A stretch of DNA of 63,959 nucleotides, the filler included, from Nemertoderma westbladi (Eukaryota; Animalia; Xenacoelomorpha): assembly GCA_032718475.1 (NCBI GenBank). It is 3 parts of 3 records of this genome, joined end to end, with 100 filler letters (N's around TTAATTAATTAA, not from the genome) between each part and the next. Parts side by side here need not be neighbours in the genome. Positions count along the whole stretch, not along the records: positions 1 to 21,051 come from JAUCBJ010000268.1; 2 more parts are not named here. One strand, 5' to 3'. Each line of letters begins with the position of its first letter. The stretch's first letter is position 1. The position numbers and the translations under genes were made by a program. Below the pieces are notes generated by a model. It had not been told where the DNA came from. It did not search any database and saw only the letters and a program-made list of their open reading frames with translations. Below, one piece after another: positions 1 to 10,700 of this stretch.

Positions 1-536
1 AGTCAGGATGTATGATCAGTTAGCAGTCCGCAGTAGTCGTTGGGGCCGCAGATCAGTTAAAGGATATATGCCCTTTATAATTAAACCTACTAGTGTACGA
101 CTAAAAAACAGTAAAGCACAAAATACTTCCAAGCCGTTCTTTCTTAGGCTCAGGACTGAATGTAAACACTGCACATAGGCATTGCGTCATTTCTCGGAAA
201 TTTTCTGTACAAGGAGCCACAAAAACGCTCTAATTGGCTGACTGAACTGAGAGACGCCGTAGAACAAAGGAAATCAACAGGTATGAATGTCAGCTGTTAA
301 CCGTAGTCATAGTAACTACTGTTCAAGAGTAGCTATCACCCCCTTTGCGTCACGAATTGCCATAGAATCATAAAATATGCCTTTCACAGTACACATACGG
401 AGGAAATAGGTCTTAGATCCTCTAAAAACACCGATACAGCAATAATACGGTCTCTTACACTTATTAAATCAACTACAGAGTATTTTACTGTAAAAGATAA
501 TAAAAATAACGGGGCAATTCAGCAAAGGCTTTTACA
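1..536 (-). mobile_element. Partial LTR of the BEL/Pao family seen elsewhere in the window (cut by the window edge)
   Basis: Ends in AAAGGCTTTTACA (536), like the other LTRs (AAAAGCTTTTACA at 25661, 34503, 54072). 52-150 closely matches LTR C 53615-53710 (TCAGTTAAAGGATATATG...AAGCCGTTCTTTC). Confidence 0.75.
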
Positions 537-726
537 ATAACTAAGCGAGTGGGCCATCATTAAACTACAGACAGCTTGTTGTATGAATGCTACACAATGC
601 ACAATGGGGGGTTACACGAGTTTGAGTTGGGTTTGAGATTGAGTAAACCAGAAACCAGACAGGTTTGAGTTAATAAGAGTGAGGTAAGAGAAAAGGTACC
701 CAGTTTGAGAAACGGTATCTAGAATG

Positions 727-870
727 TACGGTGGCTGATTTGGGCCAATTAGATTAGGATTTTTTCTTTTTCTGGGTGATAATAATATCACCCGGGTGAT
801 AAATAATATCACCCGGGTGATAAATAATATCACCCGGGTGATAAATAATATCACCCGGGTGATAATTATT
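727..870 (+). repeat. Left TIR with tandem 21-bp palindromic units (ATCACCCGGGTGAT-AAATAAT)
   Basis: Directly visible; four full palindromes; reverse complement of 5189-5332. Confidence 0.95.
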
Positions 871-977
871 TTCCAGACCATGTGCCGGCCCGGTCATCGC
901 CTCAATTTTAAACTCAGTACTGGTACTGTACTTTATTATTCTTAAAATTAATACCGGTCTAGGCCTATTGAAATGAT

Positions 978-1874
978 ATGTCAGATAGAACATCAAGCGC
1001 TCGAAACCGTGACTTTAGACGTAGGCGGTTATTGTTGGCTGACTTGCGGCAACAAATAGGCAATAGACTGAATGCGATAAATGGCAATGATGTAGACATG
1101 GGTGAGGATGAGGATGAGGGAGTCGAAGCGTACGTTCAGACTTTACCAATAGGCCCAAACCAGACTTTAAATGAAAATACTACAGCACTTACGTCAAACT
1201 GCAATAACAATCAATCAAACTGCAATCAGAATAACATGAAACGTACCAGAGGTAGACAAACTGTCAGTGTTTCGGCTGCTGCTGCTGGGCGTCCACCACG
1301 ATCAACAAACGTCGTCATTATAAAACTGAAAGTTTCGCAGGCTTCAGAATCGGTATTGATTCGAAAACCACTTGGAGAGTCGAATGCCATTAAATTGTCT
1401 CTCCCAATGGACGATAACATGAGTAATGCTATAGACACAGTCGTTACGAAAATATTTGGTGACACAAACTTTAACAAAGCTTTAGAAGACTTAGACTTTC
1501 CTTCTGATAAAGATTCGTATGATTTTTCATTTTGTTCCATGGTTGGGGAGTCGCTCGATATGTACAAAACTCTGAGGGAATATGTCATTGATAAATGTGT
1601 TTGCGGTACACCTAAGCTAATGTTAAACCTAAAGCTCCAGGAATATGAAGGTGGTTGCGTTAATAGTAGGCCTAGGCCTACTTTTCCGGGAATTGGTATT
1701 GCTGGTTCAGTTCTTGAAACTGAGGATAATGTTAGAGGAACTGACAATGATAAGAATTGTAAGCCTTCTGAAGCGGGTACTTCTACTTCTTTGGAGACAC
1801 ACTCTACATCTAGGTACCTCACTGAAAACCAAGCCAGTCAGTTTTTAGATACTTTAGTAGTTATTTTTAGATAG
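978..1874 (+). CDS. Transposon cargo ORF, probable N-terminal part of the HECT protein (possible beta-grasp/ubiquitin-like region)
   Basis: 298-aa ATG ORF directly upstream of the HECT frame, which is open from 1861. Could be joined by a frameshift or by a short intron (e.g. G|GTACTT at 1777 to TTTTTAG| at 1870 restores frame). Domain call is tentative. Confidence 0.6.
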   Translation: MSDRTSSARNRDFRRRRLLLADLRQQIGNRLNAINGNDVDMGEDEDEGVEAYVQTLPIGPNQTLNENTTALTSNCNNNQSNCNQNNMKRTRGRQTVSVSAAAAGRPPRSTNVVIIKLKVSQASESVLIRKPLGESNAIKLSLPMDDNMSNAIDTVVTKIFGDTNFNKALEDLDFPSDKDSYDFSFCSMVGESLDMYKTLREYVIDKCVCGTPKLMLNLKLQEYEGGCVNSRPRPTFPGIGIAGSVLETEDNVRGTDNDKNCKPSEAGTSTSLETHSTSRYLTENQASQFLDTLVVIFR

Positions 1875-1926
1875 GTCTAGGCCTAATGCTAATACCGGGG
1901 ATTTATTTTTTGAAGTTAACGAACCA

Positions 1927-3156
1927 TTGGCTAATCTTGCGTGTGATTCTGCGAATTATTCACATATTATTACTTCTACAAGTTTTAGAGAGGAACCTGC
2001 CTGCTCAGCGATTTTGACATTTCAACTGGGACAGACATTGGTTGAAACTTTAGAGAATAGTCTCTTTCAATGGCAACAATGTGAAAAAACCTATACTACT
2101 CTGGAAGTTCCCCGAAATACGATAGTAGATAGTGTCTATGAATTACTTGAGAGCGAGTCTCTAGATACACCACATGTGATGGTAAAGTTTATCGGAGAAG
2201 ATGCTATCGACACCGGGGGTCCTGTTAGAGAAATGTTTACATTATTTTTTCAATCGCAGACACCCAATTTATTTCGTGGTTCATATCCCTATATGACATT
2301 TCGTCATAACCTCGAGGAATTAGATAAATTCAAACTTCTTGGAAAAGTAACTGCCCTGGCACTGATCAATGGTATAGAAGGTCCACATTCGTTCACTCCT
2401 TCTCTTGCTAATGCTATAATGGGTATTAAATACGAGTCACAATTTGTCGAAGTGCCAGCTGACGAAGATTGTGTACAAAAGCTAAAGTTTCTCAATGAGG
2501 CTAACGATGAACAATCCTTCAAATTGGCGATTAGATCATTTACTGAAAGGTTTGAAATGGGTTTGTTAAAATCTAATATTCCTTTGAGTAAAAAAGCTGA
2601 AGTTATTTCGTTATTATGTCGGCATATTGTGGTGAGCTCTATTCGTGAGGAAATAGATAGCTACAGAGAAGGTTTAAAAAGCTATGGTGTGTTTGATTTA
2701 ATGAAGTCATTCCCAGAAGAGGCCATAGCCTCGCTTTCTCATCGACCTGTCACATATATTGAGGTAAAGGAATGCTTTACTCCCAAGTTTGATTCGTTGA
2801 CCAGTTGTGAACGCCAGAAAGCCGCTGAAATTGTTTTCAAATTTAATCAATTCCTCAAGAAAGTAGAGAAGGGAGAAATGAGTTCTAGCTATGTTCCAAT
2901 AGATGGAACTGAAGAAACCAAGGTACTGAATTTGGGAGATGTTCTACAATTCGGAAGCGGCTCCAGATTTCCAAACTTCCAGGGAGAATTGCGCTTCTGT
3001 CAAGCGGATTCACCTAATCGACGCCTTACAGTGAACACGTGCGCCACCATCATAACTTTTCCCCTTAATAATAGGTACTTGCACGGGAAAACTCAAAAAT
3101 TTTGCGAAGTACTTCTTGAGGACATATATAATAACCTCGGGTTTGGTCTTCCTTAG
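1927..3156 (+). CDS. HECT-domain E3 ubiquitin ligase (G2E3-like), transposon cargo
   Basis: HECT motifs VPRNTIV..VKFIGEDAIDTGGPVREMF, LQFGSGS, catalytic-Cys motif TVNTCATIITFP and C-terminal GFGLP. Confidence 0.88.
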   Translation: MANLACDSANYSHIITSTSFREEPACSAILTFQLGQTLVETLENSLFQWQQCEKTYTTLEVPRNTIVDSVYELLESESLDTPHVMVKFIGEDAIDTGGPVREMFTLFFQSQTPNLFRGSYPYMTFRHNLEELDKFKLLGKVTALALINGIEGPHSFTPSLANAIMGIKYESQFVEVPADEDCVQKLKFLNEANDEQSFKLAIRSFTERFEMGLLKSNIPLSKKAEVISLLCRHIVVSSIREEIDSYREGLKSYGVFDLMKSFPEEAIASLSHRPVTYIEVKECFTPKFDSLTSCERQKAAEIVFKFNQFLKKVEKGEMSSSYVPIDGTEETKVLNLGDVLQFGSGSRFPNFQGELRFCQADSPNRRLTVNTCATIITFPLNNRYLHGKTQKFCEVLLEDIYNNLGFGLP

Positions 3157-3500
3157 TCTAGTGCTCTTATATCCAAGAATGGGAATGTTTTTAATTAATA
3201 GGATTCATTAAATCAAAATCATTAAATCATAGATCGAGATAAATCATAGATGTTCAAATAAGACTCACGGTTTTATTAATAAACCTTAACGGACTGATCT
3301 TCCATTATTGTGTTATACTGTTAATTGTAGATAATTATTGTGTTTGTATTTGATTATTGTTCTTTTTAATTATAATAATTTGATTGTGTTGTGTTTTAAT
3401 CAAAATATTTTCGTTATAACGATCTACAATACATACATATTATTATGACCGAACACTCCAACTGGTTTAGTCATTAAAACTTAACTAATAAATCTTATTA

Positions 3501-3800
3501 GGGGTCATCCATAAATGACGTCACGATTTTTTGGGACATTCCCCCCCCCCCCCCATGTCACGTCACACATTATAAAATTAACTTGTTAATGAATTAAAAT
3601 TTAGAAAAAAATCATTATTTTAAAATCAACTGTAAATTATTATTTTATTTACTATTGTTAGGTGAATTTTACGCCCCCCCCCCCCCCCCCCCCCGCCCCG
3701 CCCCTGTCTCACATCGTCACGAAATAGTGTAACCCCCCCCCCCACCCTCCCCCCCCCCCCGTTCCTCCCTGCGTGACGTCATTTATGGATGGCCCCGCCC
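3501..3800. mobile_element. Harbinger/PIF-like MITE nested in the IS3EU element
   Basis: TIR GGGGTCATCCATAAATGACGTCACG / CGTGACGTCATTTATGGATGGCCCC; TTA at 3498-3500 and 3801-3803 (4 extra nt at the right end); poly-C tracts inside. Confidence 0.7.
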
Positions 3801-3862
3801 TTAGTATAAACAACCAACTACAGTGGTGAAAATGTTGGGCATAATATAATATATGTAGAAGT

Positions 3863-5037
3863 TTACAGATCCAGATGAATCTTGTTCCGTAAGTACATGT
3901 ATGTTTGCGAGCAGTGAAACAAGTTTTCACAATGATCGGGATGACGAACGTTATTATCATCTTGAAGATATAGTTCGCAGAGTTCGTTCACGGTTTTATT
4001 ACAAAAAGGTAACTTGTATCCGAAAACAGACATAAGTTCAATATTGTATTGGTTGGTTGGTTGAAAGTAATTTGGTTGTTCGAGGTATAATAGTTGTGGT
4101 TTGCCCGCCAATGCCATTACTCCGCTCTTTCTTAGCCTGTGAGAGTTCCACCGTGAACAAATATCATCTAAGGATCGTTGTAATAAATCGACATAAACAA
4201 ATCGCACAATTTCGATTTCTAAATAGTCGGATGTGTCCAATGCCCCGCGAATCTGAAGTTCCAAGAAATGATAGAGCCACTGATCCATTCCGAGGCCTGG
4301 GAACTTTGACCACCAGGACTCGATTCTTTGATTCCTAGAACTTTTCCCGTATAGGAAAGGACGGAAGTGGTAGTTGGCTTGTGGGTTAGATATAGAATAC
4401 AAGTATTTCATAATTATTTCAACATTGACATTCTCAGTCCCGCGGTCACTTCTGACTCGACGTGGAATTGCGTTGTGCTCTTTGATAAAATCTAAGAAGT
4501 ATTCCCCAACCAGAAATGGGACATTTTTGATCTGTGACACTTTAACCACAGCACTTTTCGACTAAAACCATCAATAGCCGCATGAACTGTTAGACCAAAT
4601 GGATTTAATTTATCCCATCCGTCTATGTGTACTAGGTAGTTTGGTCCTTTAGATCTATATGTTCTTCGAATAATTTTCTTTCCAAGACGAATGGCTGAAG
4701 AATCTGGGTCTACAATCTTTAAAAGTGCGGCTACAATACTCCTTGGCGCGAATAGTTTATGTTTTTACATCAAAATTTGTTGCATTTGGCGATAACCGGT
4801 AGAATTATATAAACCAGATGAACTTGTCTCGATTTCATTAAAGATAGCGTCCAGTATATCATCAAATCTGTTTGGATTCAGCCTTCTACTAAGACCCAAA
4901 CCTTTCAAAATTCTTCTCGTCGTTCTGACAGAGATTTCGATATTCTTACTCTTCAGCAACTTTGAGATATCCGAATTCGAAAATCCAGACCAGAAATAGT
5001 CAGAAACCAACTCAATTACATTATTCATACTGTACAA
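3863..5037 (-). pseudogene. IS3EU DDE transposase, disrupted (N-terminal HTH plus integrase core)
   Basis: HTH-like N-terminus (ISVRTTRRILKGLGL). Premature TAA at 4765-4767. The same frame continues with GPNYLVHIDGWDKL..HAAIDGFSRKVLWL, then frameshifts near 4530 into RVRSDRGTEN..NQRIESWW..WNSHRLR. Confidence 0.88.
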
Positions 5038-5188
5038 AACAATCTAATAAACAATCTAGCCTAACATACATACAGTAGTATCTCACATATATGTAAACAT
5101 TAGTAGGTGAGGATCACCGGACCGGTACACAGTCTGGAAAAGAACGATAAATCAATACCTGGGTGATATTAATTATCACCCGGGTGAC

Positions 5189-5332
5189 AATAATTATCAC
5201 CCGGGTGATATTATTTATCACCCGGGTGATATTATTTATCACCCGGGTGATATTATTTATCACCCGGGTGATAATATTATCACCCAGAAAAAGAAAAAAT
5301 CCTAATCTAATTGGCCCAAATCAGCCACCGTA
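5189..5332 (-). repeat. Right TIR; extra palindromic units extend inward to about 5155
   Basis: Reverse complement of 727-870. Confidence 0.95.
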
Positions 5333-5921
5333 AGAATGAGATAGGGACTGTATTCGTCCCATATTACTGTTCTGACTGTATTAATTTATTTAATGTTTTG
5401 TCTTTTGACAGTTTGACTAATAGTTCTGCTGTACTCGTACTGTATTAGGCCTACCGACTGACCGACCGAGCGACCGGTAATGATTCAATTGCTTAATTGT
5501 GTTTGTGTGAGTTGGCAGTGCTGCAGTGGGCAGTACAAATAAATTGTGTTGTGTTGATGCCCAGACAGCCAGATGCCAGACCTGCAGACTGCAGGACTGG
5601 TTACATGTTTTTAATGCTGTACTGTCTACTTCTGTACTTGACAGACTGATGTATATGTATAAGCAGGGCCTAGGCCTGTAGGCCAGTATAGCAGTAGGCC
5701 CTATCCACTATCCTGCTATCTGCCTACAGTAGGCCTATGCAAATACAGGAAATGCAATATTCAGATATAGGCTGATAGGCTGCTATCAGCAGTCAGACTA
5801 TAGTCTACAGTAGGGTAGGAAGGGGCAATTCCAGACAAAATTATACATTCAGGCTGTTGTACCCAACCTATTCTGCCTTCACAGCATAATTTAATCAGTT
5901 TCTGTAGGCCTACAGTAATTC

Positions 5922-7053
5922 GGGGTGACTTGATACAGCAAGTTATACTTTTTCTTTAACGGATTGTGTGATTGCGTGATGTTATGATAAAAATTGAAAT
6001 ACTAGAAGATGTCTGAATAAATTGCAGAATTGTCTGTCAAATAGTAAAATTAATTTGGTCATTGCTTCGCATTTGTGATCACTACCGGTAGAGCCAAAAA
6101 TGCATTTTTCAAAAATTCACTTTTTTCAATGTCAAAATATACTGGTAGGTCGAATTTTTGACACTTTGCTTTGGGTTAATGTTGTTCAAAAATTATTTTT
6201 ACAGATGCTAATAGATGAGTTTGAATATTATGATCGTAAAAAAATTTACAAATTTTCATACGAATTGGGGGTGGAGTGCCCGTTTTTTGAAAGTTTGTCT
6301 CAAAATGGGGTGACTTGATACATATTGGTTAACTGTAATTCTAGCCTCTTTGGCAGTACGGTATATTGTAGGCTAAAAAGTTCTGATACCTGTGACTACA
6401 CTCTGACAGTCTGATATAGTAGGACATATTACAACAGTATTTTAATGGAAGTACACGTCAGTAGGTCTTTCAGCTATTCAGTCTATTGTAAATTATTATG
6501 ATATTACAATGTTAATCAACTGATAGTACAGTGTTAACTTAACCATCAATCGATATATTTTGCAACATTTGTGCTTAAATAGGGCCTACATTGATTTAGT
6601 TTGCAGTTTTTTCTAAAATGTTTTGTCTTATTTACCGGTACTGGTCTGCTGGTGTCAGGATATCACAATGCAATGAAAGTCTTTTTCGTTTTTAAACTTC
6701 AATTTAACTTGTTAAATATTGTTAGGCCTATATGTTAAATTTTCTAAAATATTTTATCTTTACTTAAACCTTAAATTTGCAAAATTTGTGCTTAAATTCC
6801 TTGTTTTAGTTTCCAGTTTTTTCTAAAATGTATTGTCTTACTTACTGGCTGACTGGCAACTGGTGTCAGGATGTCACTATGTAATGAAGGTCTTTTTCGT
6901 TTTTAAAGTGCAATTTAACTTGTTAAATATTAAATATTTTGCCATAAAAAATGGAGTGATTTTTAATTTTAACCATAATTTTATATCCCCGTTATGCATT
7001 AGGTGGGGACTTCGTTCTTTTTTTTAAATTTCCAAGATGTATCAAGTCACCCC
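5922..7053. mobile_element. Probable non-autonomous DNA transposon remnant
   Basis: Inverted 16-mer GGGGTGACTTGATACA / TGTATCAAGTCACCCC, more copies at ~6307, ~7117 and ~7139; internal ~200-bp duplication (6560-6720 vs 6775-6930). TSD not identified. Confidence 0.45.
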
Positions 7054-8747
7054 CACAGCCTACAACATGATCTAAACTCATTCACAGAGTGGTATTATTG
7101 CGGAAAATTTGCTTGTGTATCAAGTCACCCTGTTATGTGGGGTGACTTGATTTGAAATTTTTAAATTTTTTTTAAAAAAGAAAATTTGTCAGGAATTTCC
7201 CTTCCCTGGGAAATTTCGGACAAATTGAATTTAAAAAAAATAAAGATGTAGAAACCTACATGCATGTCTGGAATTTCCCAATTGCAGGTTATTCCAGACA
7301 TTAATTCAGTGTAATTGTCAGATTGTTTATTTATACAGTCGGGGAGAAGTTCAATTTTCAACTGCATTGAAATTTAAAACTTTTTTTTTTAATTCAACTT
7401 TTACGTTGTAAATTCAACTCTAAAATGGCAGGAGGTGCAGAAGGCCCCCCCAAGACATCACAGAAGGGGTGTTTTGATTGTTTTTATGGATGTAACTCGA
7501 AAAATAAACCCTCATTACCGATGGAATTAAAACTTTCACCATCGGGAATAGGCCTACTTTTTTAAAAACATTGATAACATTGATTAACAAGTGATTACAT
7601 TTGCAAATTAGCTGAAATACTATGGGAATTTATTAGATGTATTAAATTACCGCTGAATGTCATAATTATTATATTATTAATCAGTTTAATCATCATTAGC
7701 AACAAGCACCAAGTGTGCTATTGTTGAAATTTGACACACAAATAATGCCACCACCACCTAAACTATACAATGTGTTACAATGCAATAGATGCATACAATA
7801 TACCCATACAATATACAATGCGATGTAAATAGTAATGAATATTGTATGTAGTAGACAATGCCTGTACTGCATCACAATTATATAAAAAGCCAGCACCGAC
7901 CCACAGCCAACAGTTTTGAAATAATAATACACGACACGATACATTAACCATTAATACTTTTATTTCGGAGCGCAAAAGCACTAAACAAAAATAAGGAATG
8001 ATTTTTTAGTCCATTATGGTCTCGCAAAGACAGTGATTTACGAAATTTGCGCAAATAAAGTTCTGGAAGGTACACTACTCTTAAATTATGTTATTCCGGA
8101 CAAACCAGTAGGAAGTGAAATTCGCATTCCACTAAAGAACAATGACACATGTACATAATCTCTCGCTCCGAGGAACTCCACGTCAGCGCCCCTCCTCTAT
8201 ACTTAGATTATGTGAAATGCACCGAAATCTGGTCAGGGTATTTGACAATCTAGGGTAATTACATAGGTAACAAGTTAAGGTACGAAAACGCTTCCGCTTC
8301 GAAAACATTTTTAATATAAAAGTCTCCTTTTGGGGAGTTAGCTAATGTAGACCACCACTGCTGCACATACTGGCTCTGCAATGTATCTTTGACTAATTCA
8401 ATAATATAAGTTGTGATTTCTGGATTTGGTGAGAATTGGTTTTGTAGGAATCGACTGGTTTGCGAATTTTGGCCGGTACCGGTGCAGGCCCGTTCTAAAA
8501 GAAACTGGCTTACAGGGCCGGTTTTTCATATTTATTTCATTGTATAATTAGTTAGCATGTCAAAAATCGTGAAACCAGCACCTGACTGCCTGAAAGGTAA
8601 CATTACTGCAACAGAACTCAGTTTATTAACAGATTAATGTGTGTATTATAGGCCTATGTAATATATAGTAGGATGGCTAAAACGTCTGTCCTTATCTGAT
8701 CTGATCTGATCTGACGGTATCTGACACTTGTTCCACCTTGGTTCAGA

Positions 8748-8915
8748 GTGCACCTTGGTGTAGTGGTTATATTCAATTCACATCTCTCGGAGGTTGTGGG
8801 TTCAACCCCGGCATGGGGCCAAGGTAGTTTTCTTTTCGGCACGAATGTTTTGAAGGGTTTAGCGAGGCATCTCTGCCTTGCATCCTTAAATGGTAGCTAA
8901 ATGAGTACTGGACCA
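8748..8915 (+). mobile_element. tRNA-derived SINE (partial)
   Basis: A-box-like TTGGTGTAGTGG and B-box-like GGTTCAACCCC. Core CCTTGCATCCTT..TAAATGAGTAC resembles the SINE core at ~28110-28145. Confidence 0.55.
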
Positions 8916-9097
8916 TGTGAAGTTTCCCCGGTATTCCCCTTAAACCCGGGGGGGGGGGGGGGTCAATATAATACTTCCCGCTCTGAAACTAACGATACTA
9001 ACTAAAAGACTAACTGAAATGAATTAAAAGGAATTCAAATAAAATAAGCTAGAAATTTTAAATTTGTTTTTAGCAGCTGGTGCCAAATTTTGGTGTC

Positions 9098-9430
9098 GGT
9101 CCATGTGAAGAATACCGCCCATGTGAAGAATACCAGGATTTCACTTTTCGGTCGACTTTTATTGGAATTTTATATTTGAAGATTTTAATTATTTTTTAAT
9201 TTATCTTTATTGAGTGTATTATAGAGCTTATTTATGTCTTATAACCTGTAAATATACTAATTTGTTTATTGTTTTGGTTATATTCAGCCCTTCTGTAACC
9301 TGTGTTTTTGGTGAAAACCTGGTATTCTTCACATGGGGGTAACTGCAAAGTGAAATATAACGGCATAATGTCTGGTATTCTTCACCAATGTGAAGAATAC
9401 CAGGATTTCATTTTTCGGTCGATTTTTTAT
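9098..9430. repeat. Cluster of direct and inverted ATGTGAAGAATACC motifs (MITE remnants)
   Basis: Motif at ~9103, ~9121 and ~9388; inverted at ~9322 and ~9374; related copy at ~8915. Confidence 0.45.
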
Positions 9431-10437
9431 TGGTCGATAATTTTTATTAAATTTATCTTTATTAAGTGTTTTATGCGCGTGCGCGATGTCCTATATTTTT
9501 TGAGGGGGATGATCTATTGATTAGTCAGTCGGACGGTTAGTAAGAAGGTGGGTGTAAACAAGCCACCACGGTAACATATTCTCCTTTCCCTCAATTGGTA
9601 GGTAACAAAATCGTTTATTGTTTTGGTTAGAAATTACAGCCGCTGTAACCTGCTCTTTTCCTTCAATTGGAAGGTAATAAGTGTTTATAAATTCCCACAT
9701 TCCCATCCACCTTCCCATATTCTTTAATAAATAGTAAAATTAATAAAATTCTTAAATTTCATAAATATTTTAAATGTAATATATTAATAAGTATCATTAC
9801 CGTACTTAATTAATAATATTAATTATAAATTATTATAATTATAATTAACTTTAACTATTAATAATGATAACTATTAACAAGAAAGATTTACGAAAAAAAT
9901 ATTGCAGCAAATGCTGTATTGTTTTTAATAAAAGTTTAATGTTTCAACACCAACTAAATCTACGAAAGTTGTTTACATCGGAAACTATCCATCTTTGCTG
10001 GGACAATCACACAACTTTCATACCCACCATCCTTCATCCTACTGTATATCGCATTTTTAATAATAACATGCCTTTGTGCATTAGATGCATACCGATATGC
10101 CTGTACTGCTACTTCATATGATGATACTGATCGTAACAGGCAACCTGAAACGTGATCCCCTATTCAGCTATTGGCTATTTACCTAACAGACAGTTAGGTA
10201 AATATTATATCTCTTTCTCCTGATTGGTTATAGAATCAGATGCTGTCAGATCAGATCAGATCAGATAAGGACAGACGTTTTATTCTACCTCAATATATAG
10301 AGACAGGTTTAAATATTTGTATCTGTTTATGGATCCCACAATAGTTTGAAATAAAACAATATTTTACAACAAATAAAAAATGTATAATTTCTGAATTATG
10401 TAAAAGCACAAACTGGAGCACGTTGATTAATTAATAA

Positions 10438-10700
10438 GAACTAATTAATAACTAAACTAAAACGAACTTAAAACGAATCCTGAACTAAACTAATAACTAA
10501 ACCCGGACCAAACTATACCTAATTAGGCCTAATAACTAAACTAAAACGAACTTAAAACTAATCCCGAATTAAACTAAACCCGAATGAAACTGAAACTAAT
10601 TAATAACTAAACTAAGACGAACTAAAAGTAATCTCGAACTAAACTAATAACTAATCCCAAACGAAACTTAAAAAGACTAATTAATAAATGCAGAACTGAA
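10438..10700 (+). repeat. Degenerate (AACTA)n-like minisatellite
   Basis: Repeated TAATAACTAAACTAAAACGAACT units. Confidence 0.7.

Larger units (their letters stand above)
727..5332. mobile_element. IS3EU-type DNA transposon, complete boundaries, carrying a DDE transposase and a HECT ligase
   Basis: ~144-bp TIRs beginning TACGGTGGCTGATTTGGGCC and ending GGCCCAAATCAGCCACCGTA. Perfect 6-bp TSD AGAATG at 721-726 and 5333-5338. IS3/IS481-like integrase motifs inside. TAY..RTA termini with a 6-bp TSD fit IS3EU. Confidence 0.9.
8679..10282. mobile_element. Element bounded by inverted repeats containing (TCTGA)n, with nested SINE and MITE pieces
   Basis: AAAACGTCTGTCCTTATCTGATCTGATCTGATCTGAC at ~8679 and its reverse complement ending at ~10282. 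Confidence 0.55.

Noticed and set aside
612-996. ORFs with (ITRVILF)n and (YHPGDII)n repeats
   Set aside because: Translations of the 21-bp TIR repeats.
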